The notes below the pieces were generated by a model. It was not told the origin of the DNA, did not search any database, and was given only the letters and a program-made list of their open reading frames with translations. The position numbers and the translations under genes were made by a program. DNA of 64,000 nucleotides from Squalus acanthias (Eukaryota): NCBI GenBank assembly GCA_030390025.1, contig CM059432.1, positions 46,812,001 to 46,876,000 on the forward strand, in the 5' to 3' direction. Shown piece after piece: positions 1 to 13,209 of this stretch (positions are counted from its first letter, which is position 1; every line of letters begins with the position of its first letter).

Positions 1-2603
1 GGACGGATCAAGGACAGAATCTATTTGGTTAGAATTAAGAAATAATAGAGGTGCCATTACACTACCAGGTGTATTCTATAGGCCACCAACTAGTAGGAAA
101 GATATAGAAGAGCAAATTTGCAGGGAAATTACAGAGAGGTGCAAGAACTATAGAGTAGTGATAATGGGGGACTTCAATTATCCGAATATAGACTGGGACA
201 GCAATAGTGTAAAGGGCAGAGAGGGGGAAGAATTTCTGAAGTGTGTTCAGGAGAACTTTTTGATCATTACGTTTCCGGCCCAACGAGGAAGGAGGCATTG
301 CTGGATCTGGTTCTGGGGAATGAGGTAGGTCAAGTGGAGCAAGTGTCAGTAGGTTAACATTTAGGGAACAGTAATGATAGTATCATAAGATTTAGATTAG
401 CTATAGAAAAGGACATGGAGCAATCTAGAGTAAAAATACATAATTGGAGGAAAACAAATTTCAGTGGGTTGAGAACGGATCTGCCCGGGTAAATTGGAAT
501 CAAAGATTGGCAGGCAAAACTGTAATTGAACAATGGGCTGCCTTTAAAGAGGAGATGGTTCGGGTACAGTCGAGATATATTCCCATGAGGGGGAAAGGTA
601 GGGCAATTAAAGTTAGAGCTCCCTGGATGTCGAAAGAGATAGAGCGTAAGATGAAGCAGAAAAAGAGCGCGTATGACAGATGTCAGCTTGAGAATTAGGC
701 TGAATATAGAAAGTTCAGAGGGGAAGTGAAAAAGAAAATAAGAGGGGCAAAGAGAGAGTATGAGAATAGATTGGCAGCTAACATAAAAGGGAATTCAAAA
801 GTCTTCTATAGGCTTTATAATAAACGGGTAGTAAGAGGAGGTGTGGGGCCAATTAGGGACCAAAAAGGAGACCTACACATGGAGGCAGAGGGCATGGCTG
901 AGGTACTAAATGAGTAATTTGCATTTGACTTCACCAAGGAAGAAGATGCTGCCAAAGTCATAGTGAAAGAGGAGGCAGTGGAGATACTGGATGAGATAAA
1001 AATTGATAAACAGGAGATATGAGAAAAGCTATCTGTACTTAAAGTTGGTAAGTCACCAGGACCGGATGGGATACATCCTAGGATGCTGAGGGAAATTAAG
1101 GAGGAAATCGTGGAGGTACTGGCCAGAATCATCCAATCCTCCTTAGACACAGGGGTGGTGCCAGAGGACTGGATAACTGCAAATGTTACACCCTTGTTCA
1201 AAAAACGGTGTAAGGATAAACACAGCAACTACAGGCCAGTCAGTTTAACCTCGGTAGTGCGGAAGCTTTTAGAAATGATAATCAGGGACAAAGTTAACAG
1301 TCAATTGGAAACGTGAGGATTAATTAAGGAAAGCCAGCACAGATTTGTTAAGGCAAATCGTGTTTAACTAACTTGATCAAGTTTTTTGATGAGGTAACAG
1401 AGAGGGTTGATGAGGACAATGCGATTGATGTGGTGTACAAGGACTTCCAAAAGGCGTTTGATAAAGTGCCACATAATAGGCTTGCCAGCAAAGTTGAAGC
1501 CCATGGAATAAAAGGAACAGTGGTAGCATGGATATGAAATTGGCTAAGTGACAGGAAACAGAGAGTAGTGGTGAACGGTTGTTTTTCGGACTAGAGAAAG
1601 ATATACAGTGTTGTTTCCCAGGGATCGGTACTAGGACCACTGCTTCTTGATATATATTAATGACTTGGATTTGGGTGTACAGGGCACAATTTCAAAATTT
1701 GCAGATGACACAAAACTTGGAAGTATAGTGAACACTGAGGAGGATAGTGATAGACTTCAAGAAGACATAGACAGGCTGGTGCAATGGGCGGACCACGTGA
1801 CAGATGAAATTTAACTCCAAAAAGTGCAAAGTGATACATTTTGGTAGGAAAAATGAGGAGAGGCAATATAAACTAAAGGGTACAATCCTAAAGGGGGTGC
1901 ATGAACAGAGAGAACTGGGGGTATATTTGCACAAATCATTGAAGGTGGCAAGGCAGGTTGAGAAAGCGGTTAAAAAAAGCACACGGGATCCTGGGCTTCG
2001 TAAATAGAGGAATAGAGAACAAAAGCAAGGAAGTTACGGTGAACCTTTATAAAACACTGGTTCAGCCTCAACTAGAGGATTGTGTCCAATTCTGGGCACC
2101 GCACTTTAGGAAGAATGTGTAGGCCTTAGAGAGGGTGCAGAAAAGATTTACGAGAATGATTCCAGGGATGAGGGACTTCAGTTACATGGATAGACGAGAG
2201 AAGTTGGGGTTGTTCTCCTTAGAGCAGAGAAGGTTGAGAGGAGATTTGAAAGAGGTGTTCAAAATCAAGAGGGGTCTAGACAGAGTAGATAGAGCAAAAC
2301 TATTTCCATTGGTGGAAGGGTTGAGAACCAGAGGAAACAGATTTAAGATGATTGGTAAAAGAACCAAAGGCGACATACGCAGCGAGTGGTTAGGATCTGG
2401 AATGCACTGCCTGAAAGGATGGTGGAGGCCGACTCAATCATGGCTTTCAAAAGGGAATTGGATAAGTACCAGAAGGAAAAAAATTTGCAGAGCTACGGGA
2501 AAGGGCGGGGGAGTGGGCCTAGCGTAACTGCTCTTGCAGAGAGCCGGCACGGGCTCGACAGGCTGAATGACCTCCTTCTGTGCTGTAACTATTCTATGAT
2601 TCT
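1..2603 (+). mobile_element. CR1-type LINE, degraded ORF2 (APE endonuclease to reverse transcriptase) with 3' tail
   Basis: Fragmented frames carry MGDFNYP, NYRPVSLTSVV, FADDTKL and LFSLEQRRLRGDL. Ends in a ctatgatt-type repeat near 2600. Many stops and frameshifts. Confidence 0.95.
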
Positions 2604-3060
2604 AAAAGCTTGATCAAAGAGGTGGGTTTCATAGAAGGCCTTAAAGGAGCAGAAGGAGGTGGAGAGGCAGAGAGGTTTAGGGAGGGATTTCCAGAGCCTA
2701 AGGCCTGGATGGCTGAAGGCACAGCTGCCAATCATGGGGCGAAGGCAGTGGGGGAAGCACAAGAGGGCTGAATTGAAGGAACGTAGAGTTCTGAGGGTTG
2801 TAGGTCTGGAAAAGGTTACAGAGATAGGGAGGGGTGAGGCCATGAAGGGATTTAAACACAAAGACAAGAATGTTAAATGAGAGGTATTGGGGGACCTAGA
2901 TCCAATGTAAGTCACCGAGCACAGGGGTAAGGGGTGACTGGGATTTGGTGCAGGATACGATACGAGCAGCAGAGTTTTGGATGAGGTGAAGTTTATGGAG
3001 GGTGGACAATGGGAAGCTGGCCAGGTGAGCATTGGAATAGTCTGGTCTGGAGGTGATATG
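2604..3060 (-). mobile_element. L2 LINE 3' fragment
   Basis: Minus-strand SRPDYSNAHLA..LHKLHLIQNSAARIV..PLTPVLGDLHW is a typical L2 ORF2 C-terminal motif. Confidence 0.85.
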
Positions 3061-3065
3061 ACTAT

Positions 3066-3955
3066 TCCAAAGGAGGACATTAATAAACTTGCAGAATGGG
3101 CATATAATTGGCAAATGAAGTTCAACACAGATAAATGTGAGGTATTACATTTTAGTAGGAAGAATAGGGAGGTCACTTATCACTTGGGAGGTGTGAGTCT
3201 AGGAGGGGTAGGGGAACAAAGGGATCTAGGAGTACAAATACACAAATCATTAAAAGTTGCGACACAGGTTAGCAAGGCCATAACAAAAGCAAACCAAGCA
3301 CTAGGGTTTATTTCTAGAGGGATAGAATTGAAAAGTAGGGAAGTTATGCTAAATCTGTAACCCATATCGAATCTTGGTTAGACTACACTTAGAGTACTGC
3401 GTACAGTTCTGGTCGCCATATTATAAAAAGGATATAGAGGCACTGGAGAGGGTGCAGAGAAGATTTACAAGGATGATACCAGAAATGTGAGGGTATACAT
3501 CTCAGGAAAGGATGAACAGGCTGGGTCTCTTTTCTCTTGAAAAAAAAAGGCTGAGGGGTGACTTAATAGAGGTCTTTAAAATTATGAAAAATTTTGATAG
3601 AGTGGATACAGAGAGAATGTTTCCACTTGTGGGGAAGAGCATAACTAGAGACCATCAATATAAGATAATCACCAAGAAATCAAATAGGAAATTCAGAGGA
3701 AACTTCTTTACCCAAAGAGTGGGGAGAATGTGGAACTCGCTACCACAGGGAGTGGTTGAAACAAATAATATCGATGCATTTAAGGGGAGGCTAGACAAGC
3801 ATATGAGGAAAAAGCGAATACAGGGTTATGCTGATAGATTTAGACGAGGAAAGACGGGAGAAGGCTCGAGTGGAGCATAAACGTTGGCATGGACTGGTTG
3901 GGCCAAATGGTCTGTTTCTGTGCCGTATATCCTATGTAATCCTATATAATCCTAT
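3066..3955 (+). mobile_element. CR1 LINE 3' fragment lying between two L2 pieces
   Basis: WQMKFNTDKCEVLH, RLGLFSLEKKRLRGDLIEVFKI. Tail of aatcctat-type repeats at about 3928-3955. Confidence 0.93.
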
Positions 3956-4000
3956 TTCAAATCCCTGTGCTCCCATCACCAGAATTTACAACGCTAGTTA

Positions 4001-4252
4001 AATGATAGATTCTCTGGCTACGATTGGATAGCAAGAGTGGAACCAAGCGGACGGGCAGTCCCACTGGGCTAGACAATAAAGGAGAGGCAGTGGAGGAGGA
4101 TGTGTGGTCGACAATGTGAAAGGCTGCAGAGAGGTCGAGAAGGATGAGGAGGAATAGTGCACCACAGTCACAGAGGATCTCATTTGTGACATTGATTAGG
4201 GCTGTTTCAGTGATGTGGCAGGGGCAGAAACCTGATTAGAGAGATTCAAACA
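4001..4252 (-). mobile_element. L2 LINE reverse transcriptase fragment
   Basis: Minus-strand HITETALINVTNEILCD..LLILLDLSAAFHIVDH is the L2 RT motif. Same strand as 2604-3060. Confidence 0.85.
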
Positions 4253-5715
4253 ATGAGTTGCAGTGCCAGCTGCTCTCAGGAAAGCCTAGCCTACATTCAT
4301 CCCAACCTGCGGTCCTTAAAGGATGGCCTGTTAGACCGCAACCAACAAGATAAGTTTTTTAAATATACTTACCTGAAATGTGGAACCGGGAAGAGCAGGA
4401 GCGCTTCTCCTGACCCCATGTTAAAAGTACGTGGGCCTCAACGGGCCCTTCAGAGAATATCAAGGGAGGCACAGATGGTAGCTGTGTGCTTATCTAAGAG
4501 GAATTCAAGCCTGGGCTGGAAGCAGGAGAGTAGGAAGGCAGTAGAGTAGTGATGGATTGAGGTAGGGTTTGGAGGGTATGCAAAGCACCCGCAATGGAGG
4601 AATGAGAGGTGGCATGACTGGGTGATAGAAAGGGCCCATCAATAAAACGAGGTGGCTCCCTTCTCCTTGTGGGGTGTGAGTTTAAAGAGGACATTTCCTG
4701 CTGTTCCCTAGATAAATAGGGCCCATCCTGGCTAAGGGGCCAGGGATAAGACAATTAACTCTCATTGTATTAGTTGTGAATGCCAAACCATCTGGCTTCA
4801 ATACTGAATGCCTGCAGCCTGTGGCCTTTTTTTAACATATGCAAATTAATTCTGTTTTGAAACACTATTTAAACATAACTCAATCGCCAAATTCTTTCCG
4901 TGAAGAAAGAAAAATGAAAAAAAAATCCCACAACATAACAAGGGGGAAAATGTGCCAAGATTCTTATTTCTGACCAATATCCTGTGACTTTTCCAGAAAG
5001 TGTGCATGTAGATGGTGGATGAGGACAAGATTGTTCATAGCTCTGGTCGCCATAATGGTTGAATAACCTGCCAGCATGCGCTATGCATGCTCACATGTGA
5101 AGAATGGTAACTTGGAGAAGGTACAGGTGAGTTGCTGCATCAGTACTCAGCACGAGTCAGCGCACTCAGGTATGGAGGGAGAAGATTAAATTAAATTATC
5201 ACTTTTGAGGCTATTTGGATGGACCCAGTTCCACCAGGATTTCACTCAACGTAACTAGCGTTGCAAATTCTGGTGATGGGAGCACAGGGATTTGAAATAG
5301 GATTACATAGGATTACATTGGATATACGGCACAGAAACAGGCCATTCAGCCCAACCAGTCCATGCCGGCGTTTATGCTCCACATGAGCCTCCTCCTGTCT
5401 TTCCTCATCTAAATCTATCAGCATAACCCTCTATTTCCTTTTCCCTCATATGCTTGACTAGCCTCTCCTTAAATGCATCTATACTATTCGCTTCAACCAC
5501 TCCCTGTGGTAGCGAGTTCCACATTCTCACCAATCTTTGGGTGAATAAATTTCTTCTGAATTCTCTATTGGATTTCTTGGTGACTATCTTATATTGATGT
5601 CCTCTCATTATGCTCTTCCCCACAAGTGGAAACATTCTCTCTGTATCCACTCTATCAAACCCTTTCATCATTTTAAAGACCTCTATTAGGTCACCCCTCA
5701 GCCTTCTTTTTTCAA

Positions 5716-6249
5716 AAATGAGAAGTCGCACAACACCAGGTTATAGTCCAACAGTTTTATTTAAAATTACGAGCTTTCGGAGCTGCTGCCCCTTCGACAG
5801 GTAGAGGTACAGTGAGGGAATCAAATACACAGTATATATACACAGAGAGCGACTTGTCTGCAGAGATACAATCCGTCAGGAAGGCACTACATCAAAGACA
5901 CATCAGAGCACAGCCAAGACAATGAGGTGGGTCACAGGGGGTCCAACGTGTCAAATGCTGCCATCTGCAGTTGAGCTCCTAACTTTTTTTTTTTTTTTTT
6001 TTTTTGGTTGGGTTTTGTTTTGTGTGTTTTTTTTTAAACTGGAAAGACAGACAACGATGTCGCGTCACGTTCTGTAGCGTGACATGAACCCGAGATCCCT
6101 ATTGAGGCCGTCCTCATGGGTGCGGAACTTGGCTATCAGTTTCTGCTCGATGATTTTGCGTTGTCGTGTGTCTCGAAGGCCGCCTTGGAGAACGCTAACC
6201 CGCAGATCCGAGGCTAAATGTCCTTGAATGCTGAAGTGTTCCCCGACTC
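5716..6249 (-). mobile_element. Penelope-like element 3' fragment (GIY-YIG C-terminus plus terminal region)
   Basis: ORF 6065-6256: VGEHFSIQGH..RKIIEQKLIAKFRTHEDGLNRD. Flanked by ttttcaa at 5709-5715 and 6250-6256. Confidence 0.88.
5768..5803 (-). ncRNA. Minimal hammerhead ribozyme motif, core mutated
   Basis: Minus strand: TAC-CTGTCGA-A-GGGGC-AGCA-GCTCC-GAAA-GC-TC-GTA. Stem I is TAC/GTA; CTGTCGA deviates from CUGANGA. Confidence 0.65.
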
Positions 6250-8575
6250 TTTTCAAGATAAAAGAGACCCAGCCTGTTCATCCTTTCCTGATATGTATAC
6301 CCTCGCATTTCTGTTATCATCCTTGTAAATCTTCTCTACACCCTCTCCAGTGCCTGTATATCCTTATTATAATATGGCAACCAGAACTGTACGCAGTACT
6401 TTAAGTGTGGTCTAACCAAGGTTCGATACAGGTTACAGGTTTAGCATAACTTCCCTACTTTTCAATTCTATCCCTCTAGAAATAAACCCTAGAGCTTGGT
6501 TTGCTTTTTTTATGGCCTTGTTAACCTGTGTCGCAACTTTTAATGATTTGTGTATTTGTACTCCGAGATCCCTTTGTTCCTCTATGCCACCTAGACTCGC
6601 ACCCTCCAAGTGATAAGTGACCTCCCTATTCTTCCTACCAAAATGTAATATCTCACATTTATCTGTGTTGAACCTCATTTGCCAATTATATGCCCATTCT
6701 GCAGGTTTATTAATGTCCTCCTGTAACTTGTTGCAGTCCTCCTCAGTATTGTCTATCCCCCCCAATTTGGTGTCATCCGCAAATTTAGAAATTGTGTTTT
6801 TGATTCCTAAGTCTAAATCGTTAATGTAAATTGTGAACAGCAGTAGTCCCAGCACTGATCCTTGTGGAACACCACTCCACCTTCTGACACTATGAATAGC
6901 TACCCTTTACTCCTACTTTCTGTTCTGAAGCCAGCCAGCAATCAATTCTGCTACTTGTCCCCTGACTCCGCATTCTCTGACCTTTGTCATCAGTCTATTA
7001 TGGGGTACCTTATCGAAGGCCTTTTGAAAATCTAAATAAATTACATCTACTGCATTACCATTGTCTACTCTCTGTTACCTCTTCAAAAAATTCAATAAGG
7101 TTGGTCAAGCAAGACTTTCCCTTTTGAAATCCATGTTGACTATTCATTATTATATTTTTAGTTTCTACATGTTCTTCTATTTTCTCCTTTAGTAGGGATT
7201 CCATTATTTTTCCTACCACCGATGTTAAGCTGACTGGTCTATAATTCCCTGGACACGTTCTATCCTCCTTCTTAAATATCGGTATTACGTTAGCTATCTG
7301 CCAGTCCTCTGGCACTATACCTTTTTCTAACAAATTATTAAATATGCGTGGTAATGCCTCTGCTATCTCTTCCCTAGATTCTTTTAAAATGCGTGGGTTT
7401 TATCCTCTTTGAGTTTGATTAATTTATTTAATATAGCCCCTTTTTTTATTTTAAATGCACTTATCTCATTACTAATCTCATCATCCAATGCCATGTCCAC
7501 CTGTTCTATCTCCCTGGTAAATACTGAAACAAAATTATTATTATATAATTATGATATAAAAAAATAGGGTCTGTTCACTTCTGCCAGCAGAGGTGGTACC
7601 CCAGGATTTCAAGGCTTATTAGTCCAATAAATATCACATTATGCCCAGAATAGCAAAAGAACTTGCTGCAAATGTGGGATTTGAATGATGTCACTCAACA
7701 TCAATTCATCCAGGGAAACAGATCTATCATGATTTGTCAAATTATGTTGATGGATCAGTGATTGTTTTAAAATTTTGTGGCAGGTCTTTTGTTAATTCAT
7801 CAACAGATCAAGTACTTTGACAAGCTACTTTCATAGACATTCACAAACAGGAAATGTCAGCTGGGTTTAAATAAAGGTAGGGATGTTAAAAGGGTGCTCT
7901 TTTATATTTATTGATATTTGTAGAAAATTCTTTCATGTGCTCTGACAGAACACAACAGTGCCTCAGTGAAATCATTAACAATCATGTTTGCCATCCATCG
8001 TTCATTCATATGTTCGAGAAATTGCAGAGAATCTGAAAAAGTCAGTTACTTTGCTATAACAGAAATTTCATTAATTAGGTAATATATATATAATTGTTTT
8101 TGGGAGGGAGGAATTGGAGGGAGTGACGACACAAAATCAGAACCGTAGCGCATACTTGTGGGGCAAATCGCGCAGGATGCCATATTGGTGAGGACATTAG
8201 CATGCGCAGTGAACGCCCGCCGGAAGTAAGCAGAGTAGGCAGACCATGACGTCAATAAGCGTGCAACACTGATTTGATGCCAGCGCTGCCATTTTGAAGC
8301 TCAACGCTCCAGCCAAATGACTTTCTTAAGCTCGCACAGCTGAACATGCATTCAGCAGCAGGAAGGAACCCCTACCAGTGCTATTTAAAGGGATCATCAA
8401 CTACTTAAAGGTTAGTTGCTGGTTGATTTCTTCTGGCTGTTGGTATGCATCTACAAGTGTTTGGTGCTTCCTATAGTTATTTAAAGTTACCAAAGTCTAC
8501 AGGGAGTGGTATGGCAGGTGCTAAAGGACTTTTTCCTGAGTTCAAGGCTCCTGCACAAACTACTTGCTGCCAGAC

Positions 8576-9741
8576 ATGGGTGCACTAGTAGGAATTCCCC
8601 TTGGAATGTAGCATGACTTGGAGAATGAGGAGAGAGCACACAAAGCAGGACAAGCTGCTGGAAGAGGGAGGAGGGGGAGTAGGGCTCTCAGCAGGAGGCT
8701 ATATCCGTCCAGGGTGTTCAGGGAGCAATTCTCCTACCTGAACCTCAGTGAGGAACAATGTGTGAGGCATCTGCGCTTCAGTACAGTCATCCTCACTGAA
8801 ATCTGCCACCTGCTGCAGCCACAACTGCAACCTCAGAGCAGGGCATGGACCGCATTGCCAGTGGCTGTGAAGGTGACCGTGGTGATGAACTCTTATGCAT
8901 CGGGCTCCTTCCATGCTGGAGCTGGAGATATTTGCAAAATTTCGCAGTTTGCCATCCACTGTTGTGTAAGTGAAGTCACTGACGATGTCTATTCAAAGAG
9001 AGCTGACTACATTTCATTCTCTCTTGCCAGAGAGCAGTAGGCAGAGTGAGCACGCAGCTTCGCAAGGGTTGCAGGCTTCCTTATGGTGTAGGGTGCCATT
9101 GACTGCAGCACATCGCTTTGCGGGCGCCGCATGTCAACTCAACTCTGCCAATTACTGGAACTGAAAGGGATTCCACTTCCTCAACGTCCAGCTGGTGTGC
9201 GACCATAGGCAGCAAATCATGCAGGTCAATGCTCAGTATTCTGGCAGCAGTCATGATGCCTTCATTTTGCGGCAGTCTGTTGTGTCATCTGAATTTGAGC
9301 CACCATGGCAAACCAAACAGTGGCTACTGGGTGACACGGGCTATCCACGGATGACATGGCTCATGCCTCATGGCTCCGGTGCACAACCCACGCACACATG
9401 CGCAGAATGCATAAAATGAAAGCCATGCTGCCACACGAAATGTGATATAGCATACCATTGGCGTGCTGAAACAATGCTTCCACTGCCTGGACCACTCTGG
9501 AGGCATCCTGCAGTACTCAACAGAAAGGGTATCAAGATTTGTGGTGGTCTGCTGCATGCTGCGCAACCTCGCAATCTTGAAGGCAGAGCCAGGTATACAG
9601 CAAGCAACTGAGGAGGAGGAAGAGGAAGAAGAGCAGGAGGAGGAGGAGGAGGAGCAGGAAGATGAAGGGAGGTGGCAACCTAGACATCCCCTTTCTGGCT
9701 GGGCTGTCCGTGCAGAACTCATCCTAGTGCGATACCGATAA
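8576..9741 (+). pseudogene. Harbinger (HARBI1-like) DDE transposase pseudogene
   Basis: [48 protein letters not shown] and an acidic tail. Stops and frameshifts present. Confidence 0.9.
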
Positions 9742-9906
9742 CCACAACCCCAATACCCCATTCACCAACAGTACCACACCTTACCTTCCCTCTGTCACTA
9801 ACCATCAGATCGTCCTCTTGACATAATGCAAAAATAAAAGCCTCCACAAAATAAACATTACACAAATTTATAAATCAATTCAAGCCATACTGCCTACAAA
9901 CGTCAA

Positions 9907-11539
9907 CTAATCACCCTTGTGCATTCCCTTAGTGCCTGTCTGCCATGTGCCTCTGCCTGGCCTAGAAGGCCAGGCTGTGGACTGCACCATCTTGGCATGG
10001 GCGGCAGCAGTCTGGGCTGGCTGGCTGGATGGCCTACAGGCAACAGCAAGGGCACTGGCGGAGTGGCAGGGCTGGGAGGATGAATGCTGTCATCCTGAGA
10101 GAGGACAGCAGGTTTGTGTTCCACGGAGTCACTGCCAGTCCCCTGGGGTGGCACCTCAGCAATCCTAGTAATTTGTTGGAGGACAGATTGCTGTGACACC
10201 CTGCAAGCTCCTTTGAACATTGGAATCCGCAGCCATGATGGCAGCGGTCTGAGCTTCCACTGCAGCACTCAGACGTTGGGTAGCTGCTGTTTGTGCTGCA
10301 ATGGAACCTGAGACATCAGCCATCATGGTTGGGTCCACACATATGCTAATGGAGTTGGCCACCACTTCCATGCTAGAAAGGATGGGCTCCAAGCCCTGTG
10401 CCAAGTTGGTGCTGGACTCCTCCATGCTCCTTGTCATTGCATGCAGGCTTTCTGGCTGGCTTCCCAATACACCAAACATTTCATTGTGCATACTCATCAG
10501 CCTTCTTCTGTAGCCTGCCCCATTGAAGTGCTCATCTGAGCCCTCTGCGGCAGAACTCGTGTGCGACCTCGCCCTCCGGCAAGCTGCCACCTGCACTATG
10601 CTTGCACCCTGCCCTGGCCACAGGCCACCCGTGCCCGGTGTCTCACCACATGCAGATCCCGCCTCTATTCTATCCTCTAAATTATGCGTAGTATCAGTAT
10701 CTGAGCTGGTGGCTGCGAGTGTGAAATCGAGTGATGGTGTGTCTTCATGTTCACGATCTTTCTGCTCTTCCGCTACTGCCTAGCCAGGTTGCAGTTCTTC
10801 AGTATCTGAAAGGAGAAAAGCTCAAGAGTAAGGTTGTGGTGAGAGGGGTGGGGGCGGAAGCAAGAGGTGCATGCTTACACCATCTGAAGCTTGTAAATTA
10901 AAAGAGATTGTGGGATGAGGGGGAAGTGGGCTGTGAGAAGGAGGATTAGGTATGAGGATATCGTTACCTTCTATGGTTTCAGCTCTGCTGCTGACCATGG
11001 CCGCAGCAATGGCCTTCCTAATAATGGAGAGCACCGTCTCCTCCATGTGTGGTGCAATCTGTTTGGGTGATGTGGCTGTCATGGTTGAATAGCTTTCAGT
11101 GTGTAGCTTTGAGCTGTGGGTGTGAGGCTTGCAGCAGTGCTAAGCGTATGAGGGTGAGGTGAAGCTATGAATGTTAGGTATGAATCCTGTTTGATAGGGA
11201 TTGTTGGTAGGTGAGTGATGGGGGTGTGGTGCATTGAGCAGTGGCTGAGGGTAGTGGTGCAGTTGGTAGTATATGGCATTGGAAGATAAGTTCAATGACC
11301 TTGATCACTCGTGTGAGGTAATTGAACTTCTTGCAGCATTTCATCTAGGTCCTCAGGGCTTAACTCCTGGCATTGACCGTCACGGGTATCTGCTCCCAAT
11401 CCCTTCTGAGCATGTGTCTGGAGTGCCTCCTGCCCCCCTGTGGATATAGCACATCTCTCCTCCTTTCCACCTCCTCCACCAAGGCCTCCAGTGCCGCGTT
11501 GGAAAACTTTGCAGCACGCTCTCTGCCTTGTTGTGACAT
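9907..11539 (-). pseudogene. Harbinger Myb/SANT-like partner gene, multi-exon, degraded
   Basis: Exon 1 reads MSQQGRERAAKFSNAALEALVEEVERRRDVLYPQG with a donor near 11299. Later exons encode a coiled-coil region (ORF 10165-10596). Confidence 0.8.
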
Positions 11540-12215
11540 TGCTGAGTGTTTCCCAGGTCAGAATCAGTTGTATACGACTTCAGCACTTGCTCCAGCCACA
11601 ATGCACCTCCCCTTTAAAAGGTACAGGCTAGCTTTAAGTAGTGCAGACTACTTTTAACTGGTGCTAGCCTCTCACAATTTTGGGCCCCCTGCTGATGCGT
11701 GCAGCCAGTCAACAGCGCGGTTAGCGTTGGCTGGATGCTGCAATCATGTTAATCAGCAGGCAGCATGAGGTTAGCATTGCTGTTGTTGTTGCTGCCTGCA
11801 TCACATTGAACGGGCGCAGGTTACTCGTGCATCGCGATCCCTGCGCCTGTTTTCGGGGGCTATCAAATTCAGCCCCCTGAATCTTTAAGTGAATCAGAAA
11901 TCAAATTGATGTCTGGCAATGTCATGTACTTAATCTGAAACAGTACTTTGATTAAAGCCCAATTCAATACTTTGTAATCTTATGTTTAAGTTAGAGTTGC
12001 TCTTGTTTTGAAGTTCTAAGACATGGATTAAACCAAGCTGGCAAAGAATATCTGATCATATTGTGTGAGATTTAAAATGATTTAAGCAGTGCCCTCATAA
12101 GCCTGCAAAAAGAGTTGCTGTTGCTTTTTTCTCATTAAATACAAAGTGGCGTGCTATTTTTAAACTATTCCTAAGTAAAAGATAAAAAAACTGTTTTGTA
12201 GCTACTATTCTCAAT

Positions 12216-12405
12216 CAATGTTCCCTTTAAGCTGCGCGGCCGCACAGCGCTCTGCAGCTCCCATGGAGCCGGCTCTCCAGCTTTTAAATAGGAAAAACCG
12301 CATAGAAAAAGATAGAATAGAAAAAGCGCATGCGCGGTATTTTGAATGGGCCTCGCAGCCCCTTAAAGGGGCCGCGCACCCTAAAAACAATTAACCGGAA
12401 CATTG
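12216..12405. mobile_element. hAT-type MITE
   Basis: TIRs caatgttcc / ggaacattg. Imperfect 8-bp TSD ttctcaat / ctctcaac. Confidence 0.75.
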
Positions 12406-13209
12406 CTCTCAACATATGATTAATGATGCTTCATTTTGAATTATGTCTATAAGAGATTTCACAGTTGTTGTTATGTGCCCATTAAGTCAGTAGTTTCAAG
12501 TGACAATTCTTTGGTTAACATTTAAACTTTTAGGGCCAGCTTTTGGGGCAGATCTAGAGTAGGATGGACCTTCTGCCTACTCCATTGATATGTCTCTAAC
12601 TCTGGCCCACTTTCCAGGGTTGGGATATCTCAGGTGGGCACCCACATCATCAGCAGTGCAGCTGTGGCACAGACCTCAGGGGAGGGTGGGAGTGGAAATT
12701 TGCTCTGGCACCTTGTTGCAGCACAAGTGGGCTCTAGGACTGCCTTTTTCTATGTGCCCTTGTTTTTTTAAATAGAACTGATTCGACACTACAAGTGATT
12801 TCTCGGCAGAAACCGATCTTAATTCTCACACCCAACCCAAACCAACTCGCTTAGCAACACTGGATGCTCAAGATATACAGGCATCTATGGTGCCCTGTGA
12901 TGCTAGGGTGCAAATAGAAGGAACTACATTGTTCAAAATGTAGGGAAAGTTTTGATAACTTTCCTGGGAAACAAACAACAAACCCTTTACTATAATTGCT
13001 ATTAGGTACTGGACGATCTTATGCTGCCGTAACATTTTCCTTGAATTTTCTAAAGAGAATAGAGTTACACAATAGACCTTCCTTAAAGTTTAAAAAATGA
13101 AAAAGTAAATTTATTAAACAATTACTTTCTTTCATCTATTTCCTCAAAGTGAAAAAAAAGGATTCCTAAAAACAAATCGATTCTCATAACTGTTTTTTAA
13201 ATATACATA

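Larger units (their letters stand above)
5298..7535 (-). mobile_element. CR1 LINE (RT to 3' tail), interrupted by a Penelope-like insertion
   Basis: ORFs 7055-7333, 6433-6855 and 5405-5731 carry CR1 RT motifs. Tail at about 5298-5322. Confidence 0.95.
8102..11877. mobile_element. PIF/Harbinger DNA transposon, two convergent genes, degraded
   Basis: Transposase on plus, Myb/SANT gene on minus. Right end tcaaattcagccccc; left boundary approximate. Confidence 0.88.

Noticed and set aside
815..1228. Antisense ORFs over CR1 ORF2 (also 28511-28951, 52733-53260, 59627-60043)
   Set aside because: They are reverse-frame shadows of LINE coding sequence with no independent gene evidence.
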